Shown here in pieces: positions 9,557 to 18,176 of a stretch of DNA of 64,000 bases. The stretch is from Alphaproteobacteria bacterium. GTDB taxonomy: Bacteria > Pseudomonadota > Alphaproteobacteria > RF32 > CAG-239. A program made the translations under genes and the position numbers. Where the stretch lies: assembly GCA_900767645.1 (NCBI GenBank), contig CAAFZY010000021.1:11137-75136 (forward strand), in the 5' to 3' direction. The stretch's first letter is position 1, and the number at the start of each line of letters is the position of its first letter. The notes under the pieces were generated by a model, which ran no database searches, had not been told where the DNA came from, and saw nothing but the letters and a program-made list of their open reading frames with translations.

Positions 9557-10819
9557 TTAAAATTGCAAATATTTTTGCAGACGCTCATAATCGGGATAAT
9601 CGGTTATGTCGCCAAGCAACGTATAAGTCGGCTTTGATGTGAACAACATTTGCGCGGCTTTTTGAATATCTTCGGCACTAACCGCTTCAATACGCTCAAC
9701 AATTTCAGCAATCGGAATAACCCGATTATACAAAAGCATTTGGCGGGCAATAACCTCAGCCGTTGCCGACGAGCTTTCAAGCGCCATCAGCATACTGGCT
9801 TTAAGTTGCACTTTGGCACGGTTAATTTCAGCTTCAGTAACTTTATCTTGTACCACTTTTTTAATTTCATCAGCTATTACCGGCACAATTTGATTGATTT
9901 CAGATCCGGATAATCCGGCGTATATGCCGAATAAGCCATTGGCAGTATGCGAGTTGGTAAAGCTGTAAACGGTATATACCAAGCCTCTTTTTTCACGAAT
10001 TTCCTGAAACAGGCGTGACGACATTCCGCCGCCGAACAAAGTTGAAAACACTGAAATCGGGTAATACATCGGGTTAAAATACTCAACACCCTTAAAGCCG
10101 ATTAAAACATGAGCCTGTTCAATATCGCGTTTTTCAGTGTAAAAGCCGCCTTCATAAACTTGCGGAGCGGGAGTAAAGAGCTTTTTGGCCCTGAAATCGG
10201 CAAGGCGGGCTTCAACCATTTTAACAAACAAGTCATGATTTAAGTTGCCGACCGCAACCACCATCATATTTTCAGCCGCGTAATTGTGCTGCATATACCT
10301 GCGTAAATCGTCGGCGGTAAAAGCGCGGACTTTTTCAGCCGGACCTAAAATAGAACGCCCTAAAGGCTGATTGGGAAAGGCTTTTTCTTGAAAATAATCA
10401 AAAATTACGTCATCAGGAGTATCATTACCCTGTTTAATTTCCTGCACCACCACTTCTTTTTCTTTAACCATTTCATCAGCCGGAAAAGTCGGGTTTGCGA
10501 TAAAATCAGCAATTACATCAAGCGCAAGTTCTAAGTCGTTTTTAAGCATTTTTGCGTAAAATGCGGTAAATTCGCGCGAGGTGTAAGCGTTGTTTTGTCC
10601 GCCGACATTTTCAATTTCTTCCGAAATTTGTAAAGACGTGCGTTTTTCAGTGCCCTTAAACACCATATGTTCAACAAAGTGCGAGATGCCGTTAATATCT
10701 TCTGTTTCATAGGCGGAGCCTGTGTTTACCCAAATTCCCAATGATACGGTTTCATTTTGCGGTCGCTCCGATGTAACAATGCGGAGACCGTTGCTTAATA
10801 TTGTTTGTTTTGTTTGCAT
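9557..10819 (-). CDS. M16 family (pitrilysin/MPP-like) zinc peptidase
   Basis: 420 aa with the inverted zinc motif HFVEH followed by MVFKGT. Confidence 0.85.
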   Translation of the reverse strand: MQTKQTILSNGLRIVTSERPQNETVSLGIWVNTGSAYETEDINGISHFVEHMVFKGTEKRTSLQISEEIENVGGQNNAYTSREFTAFYAKMLKNDLELALDVIADFIANPTFPADEMVKEKEVVVQEIKQGNDTPDDVIFDYFQEKAFPNQPLGRSILGPAEKVRAFTADDLRRYMQHNYAAENMMVVAVGNLNHDLFVKMVEARLADFRAKKLFTPAPQVYEGGFYTEKRDIEQAHVLIGFKGVEYFNPMYYPISVFSTLFGGGMSSRLFQEIREKRGLVYTVYSFTNSHTANGLFGIYAGLSGSEINQIVPVIADEIKKVVQDKVTEAEINRAKVQLKASMLMALESSSATAEVIARQMLLYNRVIPIAEIVERIEAVSAEDIQKAAQMLFTSKPTYTLLGDITDYPDYERLQKYLQF

Positions 10820-10844
10820 TTTTGCCCTTTATTTAAAATCTAAA

Positions 10845-10873
10845 TTGACAGCATTATATCGTGCGTATAACAT
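10845..10873 (+). promoter_or_regulatory. sigma70-type promoter candidate for elbB
   Basis: TTGACA, 17-nt spacer, TAACAT, about 35 nt upstream of the ATG. Confidence 0.4.
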
Positions 10874-10908
10874 AAATCAACCATAATCGTATCAACAGGA
10901 GCTTTAAT

Positions 10909-11574
10909 ATGCAAAAACAATACAAATTTGCCGTAGTGCTGTCAGGCTGCGGCAGAGCCGACGGTTCGGAAATTCATGAAGCAACATGCGCGTTGCTTGC
11001 CATCAGTAATGCCGGTTGCTCATATCAGTGCTTTGCGCCGGATATTGAACAAGCCGCGGTAGTTAATCATTTAACCGGCAAAAGAACAGGCGAAAAACGC
11101 AATGTTTTGATAGAATCGGCTCGTATCGCCCGCGGAAATATCAAAAAACTGACTGAATTTAATCCGCAAGATTATAACGCCGTAATTTTTATCGGCGGGG
11201 TTGGCGCAATTACCAACTGGTGTGATTTTGCCGTTAAGGCTGATGAATGCACGGTTGAACCGTCGGTATACAATGCGGTTATAAACAGTTTTAAGCTCGG
11301 AACGGTAATCGGGGCCATGTGTATTGCTCCGGTATTAATTGCCAAAGTTTTAGGCGGCGAGGGCGTTTGCGTTACTATCGGCAATGATAGCGAGGTTGCA
11401 AGCTTAATTGCCGCCATGGGCGCCAAACATCAAAATTGCACAGTTGCGGAAGCTTGCGTTGATGAAAAATGTAAAGTTGTGACCACGCCGGCCTATATGC
11501 TTGCATCATCAATTTCAGAAGTTGCGCAAGGTGCTCAAAATATGGTGAACGAAATACTTAAGTTGGTGAAATAA
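10909..11574 (+). CDS. elbB: isoprenoid biosynthesis glyoxalase ElbB (DJ-1/PfpI superfamily)
   Basis: Close by-eye match to E. coli ElbB along its length (VLSGCG..DGSEIHEA...TTPAYML). Confidence 0.85.
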   Translation: MQKQYKFAVVLSGCGRADGSEIHEATCALLAISNAGCSYQCFAPDIEQAAVVNHLTGKRTGEKRNVLIESARIARGNIKKLTEFNPQDYNAVIFIGGVGAITNWCDFAVKADECTVEPSVYNAVINSFKLGTVIGAMCIAPVLIAKVLGGEGVCVTIGNDSEVASLIAAMGAKHQNCTVAEACVDEKCKVVTTPAYMLASSISEVAQGAQNMVNEILKLVK

Positions 11575-11587
11575 CAGGCTGAATATT

Positions 11588-12307
11588 ATGCATTTTGTCG
11601 ACACACACATTCACTTACAAAATTTTGATATACCGGCAGAAGAAGTTATTAGTCTTTTGCGGCAAAACGGCGTTGATAAATGCATTTGTATTTCAGCTAC
11701 GGAAGATGATTGGAAAAAAATCGGTAATTTGGCGCAAAAGTTTCCGCAAACGGTGATACCTGCCTTTGCCGTTCACCCGTGGCATGCGACAACCCCGCAA
11801 TCAGGCTGGCAAGAACGTTTAGAACAAAAACTCAAAGAGTTTCCGCAAGCTTTAATCGGCGAGTGCGGACTTGACCTTTTAAAAGGGGCGGAAATTTCAC
11901 TGCAACAAAAAGTATTTGAAGAGCATATTGCTCTTGCCAAACAATATAATCGTCCGCTCTTGTTGCATATGGTAAAGGCTTGGAGTTTGTTAAATGATTA
12001 TTTGAAGATGTTGCCCCAGCCATTTGTTTTTCATTCATTTAACGGAAGCTCCGAAATGCTGCGGCAAATAATTAAGCACAATGGTTATATTGCTATAAAT
12101 GCTAAAATTTTGCAGACAAAGCATGCGGAAGAGGTTATTAAAAGCGTACCGAAAAATCGCTTGCTTTTAGAAACCGATGCTCCATATCAAACTAAAATAT
12201 CCGATTTGCCGATTTTGTGCGAAAAAATAGCTTTAATACGCGGCGAGAGGGTTGAAGAAACGGCTGAGAATGTATATAATAACTCATTGAGGATTATAAA
12301 TTTATGA
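11588..12307 (+). CDS. TatD family metal-dependent hydrolase
   Basis: N-terminal DTHIHL and the TIM-barrel hydrolase pattern. ATGA overlap with the next gene. Confidence 0.8.
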   Translation: MHFVDTHIHLQNFDIPAEEVISLLRQNGVDKCICISATEDDWKKIGNLAQKFPQTVIPAFAVHPWHATTPQSGWQERLEQKLKEFPQALIGECGLDLLKGAEISLQQKVFEEHIALAKQYNRPLLLHMVKAWSLLNDYLKMLPQPFVFHSFNGSSEMLRQIIKHNGYIAINAKILQTKHAEEVIKSVPKNRLLLETDAPYQTKISDLPILCEKIALIRGERVEETAENVYNNSLRIINL

Positions 12308-13029
12308 ACGATAAAAGACTTATGCGCACCAAGGCCTTACTTGGTGAAAACGGTGTAAAAAATTTGCAAAACGCCACGGTTATGCTCTTCGGGCTCGGTG
12401 CAGTCGGCGGTTATGCGCTTGAGGGCTTGGCACGTGCCGGTATCGGACATTTAATTTTGGTCGATTTTGATGTTTTTGATGAAAGCAATATCAATCGCCA
12501 GATTTTGGCATTAAGTTCCACCGTTGGCAAAAAAAAGACGGAGGCGGCCAAACAAAGGGTTTTGGAAATTAATCCAGAGTGTAATGTTGAACTTGAAGAT
12601 GTTTTTGTAACCGGCGAAAATATCGACATTTTATTAAACCGCAAGATTGACTATGCTGTTGATGCAATTGATGTGATGAAGTCTAAATGCTGTTTAATGT
12701 ATGAGCTTTACAAACGGCAAATTCCGTTCATCAGCTCAATGGGGGCGGCACTTAAAACCGATGCTTCGTGCATTAAAACAGCCAAGCTCTCGCAAACGGT
12801 TAATTGTCCGATGGCGCGTTGTATTCGGCAAAACTTAAAAAAGTGCGGCGTTGATTTAAGCAAAATAGATTGTGTTTTTTCGTCGGAACAATGCAATTTG
12901 CCGGAAGGAGCAATTAGTAAAAATCCTCAGGGCGGTAAAAATATTTTAGGCTCACTGCCTACCATTACCGCTATTTTCGGCTTAACCATCGCCAATAAAA
13001 TAATTGGAGATATTGCAAAAGGAAGGTGA
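12304..13029 (+). CDS. tcdA: tRNA threonylcarbamoyladenosine dehydratase (ThiF/E1-like)
   Basis: GLGAVGGYALEGLARAGIGHLILVDFD...NINRQ Rossmann/E1-like motif, with size typical of TcdA/CsdL. Confidence 0.8.
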   Translation: MNDKRLMRTKALLGENGVKNLQNATVMLFGLGAVGGYALEGLARAGIGHLILVDFDVFDESNINRQILALSSTVGKKKTEAAKQRVLEINPECNVELEDVFVTGENIDILLNRKIDYAVDAIDVMKSKCCLMYELYKRQIPFISSMGAALKTDASCIKTAKLSQTVNCPMARCIRQNLKKCGVDLSKIDCVFSSEQCNLPEGAISKNPQGGKNILGSLPTITAIFGLTIANKIIGDIAKGR

Positions 13030-13032
13030 TTT

Positions 13033-14283
13033 ATGCAACATAATTCGGCGGACTATAAGGACTATAAAATTAAAATTGTGGTACTCGGACGCCGAAAATC
13101 AGGCAAAACAAGCTTTATTCGTCTGATAACCGGCACAAAGGCCGATAATAAAGGTAAGTCATCTGCGCTTGCCGCCGAAACGTATGAAATATCGCAACAA
13201 ATGTATCCGATAGGTTCGTTATTGTGGTTTGATACTCCAGGTTTCAGCGGTGATAATAACAGCATAAAAAATCAGCTTACCGCTTTGACTCCGGTTTTAA
13301 CCGCCGCCGATGTGGCGGTTTTGGTGTGCGAGGGAGATAAAATCGGCAAAATCGAACGAACTTTAATCACTGATTTAGAACTTAAAAAAATTCCGTTGAT
13401 TGTGGTATTTAACAAAGCCGATACTCATCATATCAGCAACACAGTCGGAGCAATTGCCGTAAACTCAACCGATTGGTTGTCTCGTGATAAAGTTTTGCTT
13501 GAACTTAAAGAGGCTTTAATAAAAGTTTGTCCCGAAGATTTACTGATACCGCCGGTTTTGCTCGGAGATTTGGCGCCAAACGGCGGTTTGGTTGTTATGA
13601 TGATTGCCAATGATTATAAAGCGCCGCAAGGACGGTTGACACTGCCGCAAATGCAAGCGGCGCGTGATTGTATCAATCATCAGCAACAGATATTAATCGT
13701 TACGGAAAAAGAATACTCCAACACATTGAATAAATTGAAAAATCCGCCTGACTTGGTGATTTGCGATTCTGATTTGGTAACGGCTATGGTTGCGCAAACG
13801 CCGCCTTATGTTAAATGCACCACCTTTGCGGTTTTAACCGCCCGTATGCAGGGCGATTTGCAACAAATGACCGATGGCGCTTTGGCATTATGGAAACTTA
13901 AAAACGGCGATAAAGTATTAATTGCGGAACCGTTCAGACCCGATGAATTAAAAGATGATGTCGGTACGATTAAAATTCCGCGCCAAATATCCGAAAAAAC
14001 CGGTAAAGATTTAATAATTGAGCATTTCTTCGGCTCTGATTGCCCATTCGGACTTGAAAATTACAATCTGGTAGTGCATCGAGGATTGCACCTTTCCAGT
14101 AGGCGCGAATTTATGACGGAGCAGAGCAGGTGCGCTAAGGCTAATGTGCCTTTAACCAATTACAGCGTTTGCATTTCAGAGCTGAACGGAGCGCTTGAAA
14201 CCATATTGCGCCCGTTTCCGAACACTTTGGAACGCTATAAACGCCGCCGTGATGAAATTTTTACGCCTAAACGGCAACCATAA
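13033..14283 (+). CDS. HydF-like GTPase paralog lacking the [4Fe-4S] cysteine ligands
   Basis: Collinear with the next gene and with Thermotoga HydF. G1 GRRKSGKT, G3 DTPGF and G4 NKAD are present. CxH is replaced by FRP, and HCGGC by HRGLH. Confidence 0.75.
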   Translation: MQHNSADYKDYKIKIVVLGRRKSGKTSFIRLITGTKADNKGKSSALAAETYEISQQMYPIGSLLWFDTPGFSGDNNSIKNQLTALTPVLTAADVAVLVCEGDKIGKIERTLITDLELKKIPLIVVFNKADTHHISNTVGAIAVNSTDWLSRDKVLLELKEALIKVCPEDLLIPPVLLGDLAPNGGLVVMMIANDYKAPQGRLTLPQMQAARDCINHQQQILIVTEKEYSNTLNKLKNPPDLVICDSDLVTAMVAQTPPYVKCTTFAVLTARMQGDLQQMTDGALALWKLKNGDKVLIAEPFRPDELKDDVGTIKIPRQISEKTGKDLIIEHFFGSDCPFGLENYNLVVHRGLHLSSRREFMTEQSRCAKANVPLTNYSVCISELNGALETILRPFPNTLERYKRRRDEIFTPKRQP

Positions 14284-14375
14284 CTTTCAGGCGTTGTATA
14301 AAATTGTTGATATTGTTGCGTTTTTTATCTTTTGAGCTATTATTTGTCATATTTTACTTTTTAAAGGATACTTAA

Positions 14376-15596
14376 ATGCAACAAACACCTAAAGGATTAC
14401 GTCTGCAAATTGCTTTATTAGGGCGGGTTAATGCCGGAAAATCGAGTTTTTTGAACTTGGTTACCGGTCAAGATATTTCTATTACCTCTGATGTTGCAGG
14501 AACGACTACCGATGTGGTTGAAAAAGCGCAAGAGCTTTTGCCGATTGGACCGGTTTTGTGGCTCGATACCGCAGGTTTTGGTGATGACACCAAACTTTCA
14601 GATAAAAGAATTGAAAAAACAATAAAAGTTTTAGACCGTGCCGATGTGGCGGTTTTGGTGTGCGAGGGTGATAAAATCGGCAAAATCGAACGCAAGATAA
14701 TAGAGCAAATTGAAGCAAAGAAAATTCCGTTGATTGTGGTATTTAACAAAGCAGATATTCGCAAAGTGAAAAATCCGGAAGGGGCTATTGTTGTAAATTC
14801 ATTGGATAAAAGTTCGCGAGACAAAGTTTTAAACGAACTGAAAGCGGCTTTAATTAAAGTATGTCCGGAAGATATGCTTAATCCGCCGGCATTGCTCGGT
14901 GATTTAGCGCCTCAGCATGGTACGGTGGTGATGATTGTGCCGATAGATTACGAGGCGCCGAAAGGGCGGATTATCTTGCCGCAGGTGCAGGCTATTCGCG
15001 ATTGTTTGGATTATAATCAGACTGTGATCGTGGTAAAAGAAAACGATTACGCGGCAACTTTACAAAACTTAAAGAAAGCGCCTGATTTGGTGGTTTGCGA
15101 TTCGCAAGTGGTCAATAAAATGGTTGAGGAAACTCCGCAACAGGTTAAATGCACAACATTTTCGGTTTTAATGGCGCGCTTAAAGGGCGATTTAGATAAA
15201 TTGACCCAAGGAGCAGCGGCTATTTGGAACTTAGAGGACGGTGACAGGGTTTTAATTGCCGAATCGTGTACTCATCATGCCATGAAAGATGATATCGGTA
15301 CGGTTAAAATTCCTAACTTGTTAAAGTTGAAGACCGGTAAGGATTTGATTATTGACCATGTTTCAGGCTGCGAATTCCCTTATAATTTGGATAAATATAA
15401 TCTGGTTATTCAGTGCGGCGGTTGTATGCAAAATAGGCGCGAAATATTATCGCGCATAAATAAATGTGAACAGGTGAAGGTGCCGATTACCAATTACGGA
15501 ATTTGTATCTCAGAGTTGCAGGGCGTGTTGGCAAGGGTTTTGGAACCTTTTGGCGATACTTATCACCGTTATGCCGCTCAAAAAGAGCGTAAGTGA
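14376..15596 (+). CDS. hydF: [FeFe] hydrogenase H-cluster maturation GTPase HydF
   Basis: G1-G4 motifs are present, plus PIDYEAPKGRIILPQVQAIRD, ESCTHH and QCGGC. These match the HydF CxH...(H)CxxC cluster site. Confidence 0.85.
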   Translation: MQQTPKGLRLQIALLGRVNAGKSSFLNLVTGQDISITSDVAGTTTDVVEKAQELLPIGPVLWLDTAGFGDDTKLSDKRIEKTIKVLDRADVAVLVCEGDKIGKIERKIIEQIEAKKIPLIVVFNKADIRKVKNPEGAIVVNSLDKSSRDKVLNELKAALIKVCPEDMLNPPALLGDLAPQHGTVVMIVPIDYEAPKGRIILPQVQAIRDCLDYNQTVIVVKENDYAATLQNLKKAPDLVVCDSQVVNKMVEETPQQVKCTTFSVLMARLKGDLDKLTQGAAAIWNLEDGDRVLIAESCTHHAMKDDIGTVKIPNLLKLKTGKDLIIDHVSGCEFPYNLDKYNLVIQCGGCMQNRREILSRINKCEQVKVPITNYGICISELQGVLARVLEPFGDTYHRYAAQKERK

Positions 15597-15632
15597 TTTT
15601 TTGTTGTATTTCAAATCATTAACGCAAAAAAC

Positions 15633-15658
15633 GATACAACTCGATACAAAATGATACA
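15633..15658 (+). promoter_or_regulatory. three direct GATACA repeats spaced exactly 10 bp apart (candidate transcription factor site)
   Basis: GATACA at 15633, 15643 and 15653, about 80 nt upstream of the ATG at 15738. Confidence 0.4.
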
Positions 15659-15737
15659 TTTTTCTTCTTGTAAAAAAATATTTTATTAATTTTAATATTA
15701 GATAGGATTGATTTTAATATTAAACAAGGAGAGAATA

Positions 15738-16925
15738 ATGTTAGGAAAAACAAATTCAAATCTTAAAAGCGCCGGTGGCGGGGCAACCGTTACCGCGGTG
15801 AATAAAACCGGCGCGGCTATCAGCTCCGGCGATAAGGTGTGGATTAACAACGGCTCGCAAGTTGCGGGCAGCCAATTGGCAGTTAATCAAGTGGCAAGTG
15901 GCGGAGTAATAGGACCGGTGATTGACCCGTCGGGAACTTTCGGTTGGTCAGCAAGCGTTAAATATTCGCTTACCGCCGATACAATTACCAAGCTAGGTGA
16001 AACTCCCGCCGGAATGAATGCGGGTAAAGTTGTTTATGGTGCCGGTAACAGTATGTTTCTTCACGGCGATACCGGTGCTCAACGTTGCGATAGTATTAAT
16101 CAATATTCACTCGGTGATTTCAGCAACCTTATCACAAATGGCAGTTATATGTTGATAGGTAACGGAACCGGTACTCTTAAAAAGATTGACTTGAATACCG
16201 GCGAAGTGCTTAAAACTTATTCAAAAACAGCTTCAAACGAAGGGTGGTATGCTTCTTTCGGTAATATCATATATTACTTTGGTTCCGGCGGAAGTACCGC
16301 TAAAAAATGGACGGTTGATGATGAAACTCTTAGCGTTACCGAAACATCTATTCCTTTTGACAACGGTGCTGTTATGTATCCGCTTGGCGTTACTGCTGAC
16401 GGAAAATATATAATATGCGGAAGACATACACAGTCAACATTTTCCACAGCCGCTTTTGTGCGCATTGTTGAGCGTATCAGTGAAGACCATCTTAAAAGTT
16501 TGCCTGAAAATGAAATACCGGCAGATTTACAGCCTTATTTCACCACTAAAAAAGGATTTATCAGCTTTAACCCCAACAACGGGGTTTTGGCAGTGGTAGT
16601 ATCGCCGACCGATTATGTTGTTATGCAATATAAAAACGGAGTTTGGCATAAGTTAAACATTGATTTGGGTTATCCTGAAAACGCAACGGGAGTTACTTGC
16701 GGTGTAAGTTTCAGCAACGATATGAATCGTTGTTCTATCGGCTATAAAGCCACAAACACCGGAACTTCCACAAATGCACATTTTGTAAACTTAACCACAG
16801 TTACCGGATATGTTGCTGTTCCGTATAAGCCTTATAATATCAGTGCTGAAACGGTAACAGGCTATGCTAAAGGTGCGGCAAGTGTTGACGGCTCGTTCGA
16901 GGCGAGCGTGGCAAGTGCTGAATAA
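15738..16925 (+). CDS. hypothetical protein (395 aa), Gly/Thr/Ser/Asn-rich, beta-rich looking, no signal peptide
   Basis: ATG preceded by an AAGGAGAG RBS. The ORF-track TTG start at 15708 was rejected. The gene has its own terminator and spot counts suggest higher GC than neighbours. Confidence 0.6.
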   Translation: MLGKTNSNLKSAGGGATVTAVNKTGAAISSGDKVWINNGSQVAGSQLAVNQVASGGVIGPVIDPSGTFGWSASVKYSLTADTITKLGETPAGMNAGKVVYGAGNSMFLHGDTGAQRCDSINQYSLGDFSNLITNGSYMLIGNGTGTLKKIDLNTGEVLKTYSKTASNEGWYASFGNIIYYFGSGGSTAKKWTVDDETLSVTETSIPFDNGAVMYPLGVTADGKYIICGRHTQSTFSTAAFVRIVERISEDHLKSLPENEIPADLQPYFTTKKGFISFNPNNGVLAVVVSPTDYVVMQYKNGVWHKLNIDLGYPENATGVTCGVSFSNDMNRCSIGYKATNTGTSTNAHFVNLTTVTGYVAVPYKPYNISAETVTGYAKGAASVDGSFEASVASAE

Positions 16926-16949
16926 AAACAGCCTAAAGGCGGAAAGGAA

Positions 16950-16972
16950 AGGGGCGGAAACGTCCCTTTTTT
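16950..16972 (+). terminator. rho-independent terminator
   Basis: aggggcg-GAAA-cgtccct stem-loop followed by TTTTT. Confidence 0.7.
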
Positions 16973-17055
16973 ATATGATTAATCATTATTTAGATATCCG
17001 GATGGTGTTTGAGTTGCATATGTAAAAAAATAATAACAGCTTGTAAAGTTAAGTT

Positions 17056-17070
17056 TTATGATTATTATAA
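17056..17070. promoter_or_regulatory. PerR/Fur-family-like operator overlapping the dfx promoter
   Basis: TTATGATTATTATAA matches the PerR-box consensus TTATAATNATTATAA at 14 of 15 positions by eye. It lies 30 nt upstream of the dfx ATG. Confidence 0.35.
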
Positions 17071-17099
17071 AATAGATAATAATCTTTAAGGAGGCTAAA

Positions 17100-17474
17100 A
17101 TGGAATTTTACAGATGCAATCATTGCGGAAATATTGTTACTTTATTACACAATTCCGGCGCGCCGCTTTCGTGTTGCGGCGAACACATGGAAAAAATACC
17201 GGAAAATACGGTTGATGCTTCGGCTGAAAAGCATGTGCCGGTTATTAAACAAACCGGTAATAATGTAGTGGTAAAAATCGGAAGTATTCAGCACCCGATG
17301 GAGCCGAAACATTACATTATGTGGATTATTTTGGAAACAAAAACCGGCTATCAATTAAAACATTTAAGAGCAGGTGAGGCGCCGGAGGCAATTTTTGAGC
17401 TTACTGCTGATGATGAAGTTGTAAAAGCGTATGAATATTGCAATATTCACGGCCTGTGGAGTGTTGCTTTATAA
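17100..17474 (+). CDS. dfx: desulfoferrodoxin (class I superoxide reductase)
   Basis: N-terminal desulforedoxin CxxC...CC site, plus C-terminal SOR centre residues (EKHVP, HPMEPKHYI, CNIHGLW). Confidence 0.85.
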   Translation: MEFYRCNHCGNIVTLLHNSGAPLSCCGEHMEKIPENTVDASAEKHVPVIKQTGNNVVVKIGSIQHPMEPKHYIMWIILETKTGYQLKHLRAGEAPEAIFELTADDEVVKAYEYCNIHGLWSVAL

Positions 17475-17532
17475 GAAAATTTTTGCCCAAACTCTCTATT
17501 TTTAACAAAATTTAAAAAGTTAAAAAAATCAG

Positions 17533-17561
17533 TTGACGAAAAGGAAAAGATACGTTAAATA
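17533..17561 (+). promoter_or_regulatory. sigma70-type promoter for tRNA-Ser
   Basis: TTGACG, 17-nt spacer, TAAATA, 14 nt before the tRNA 5' end. Confidence 0.5.
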
Positions 17562-17574
17562 TAGTCGCAACCAC

Positions 17575-17663
17575 GGAGAGTTGGCAGAGTGGTAATGCAG
17601 CGGATTGCTAATCCGTCATCGTGTTAAAGCGATGCACAGGTTCGAGTCCTGTACTCTCCGCCA
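17575..17663 (+). tRNA. tRNA-Ser (anticodon GCU)
   Basis: I folded the cloverleaf by hand: 7-bp acceptor stem, anticodon loop TTGCTAA, long variable arm, GTTCGAGTC T-loop and encoded CCA. Confidence 0.9.
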
Positions 17664-17665
17664 TT

Positions 17666-17695
17666 AAAAAAGGAAACGCAAGTTTCCTTTTTTTG
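17666..17695 (+). terminator. rho-independent terminator after tRNA-Ser
   Basis: aggaaac-gcaa-gtttcct stem-loop followed by a T-run. Confidence 0.75.
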
Positions 17696-17721
17696 TTGTT
17701 TGAAATTTGAGAGTATAAGAG

Positions 17722-17982
17722 ATGAACATATTTGCTGAAATTGTCGGTTATATTGCCGGATTATGCATCGCGACATGCTTTTTGCCGCAAACATTACAGA
17801 CTATCAAAAGTAAAAACGTAAAAGACCTGTCATTAATAAGCTATATCATTTATTGCACCGGAATGATTTGTTGGGTGGTTTATGGTATTTATTTACACTC
17901 CGTGCAGATGATTTTGTTTAATTTGATTTCACTTTATTTTGCCGGCACCATTTTATATATGATTATCCGTTATAAAAAATAA
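17722..17982 (+). CDS. SemiSWEET (PQ-loop) family transporter
   Basis: 86 aa with three predicted TM helices and an LPQ motif in TM1. Confidence 0.75.
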   Translation: MNIFAEIVGYIAGLCIATCFLPQTLQTIKSKNVKDLSLISYIIYCTGMICWVVYGIYLHSVQMILFNLISLYFAGTILYMIIRYKK

Positions 17983-18082
17983 ACTTTAAAAACAATAAGT
18001 TAGTCTCCTGTTAGACTGGATTATGAGCACCCCGCCTTCGGCACCCCTCCATAGAGGGGAATTTTAACCCGCGGCTTTAAAT

Positions 18083-18176
18083 ACAACTTATACACACCCC
18101 GGACTCGTAAATATTGCAAAAAAAAAACGCGGAGTAAAATCTTTTCAGAATTAACTTTTTGAGGAGATTTTTGATT
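18083..18176 (+). promoter_or_regulatory. conserved pilin upstream cassette, copy B
   Basis: Same cassette as copy A. The A10 tract is at 18118-18127 and a GAGGAG RBS precedes the ATG at 18177. Confidence 0.6.
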
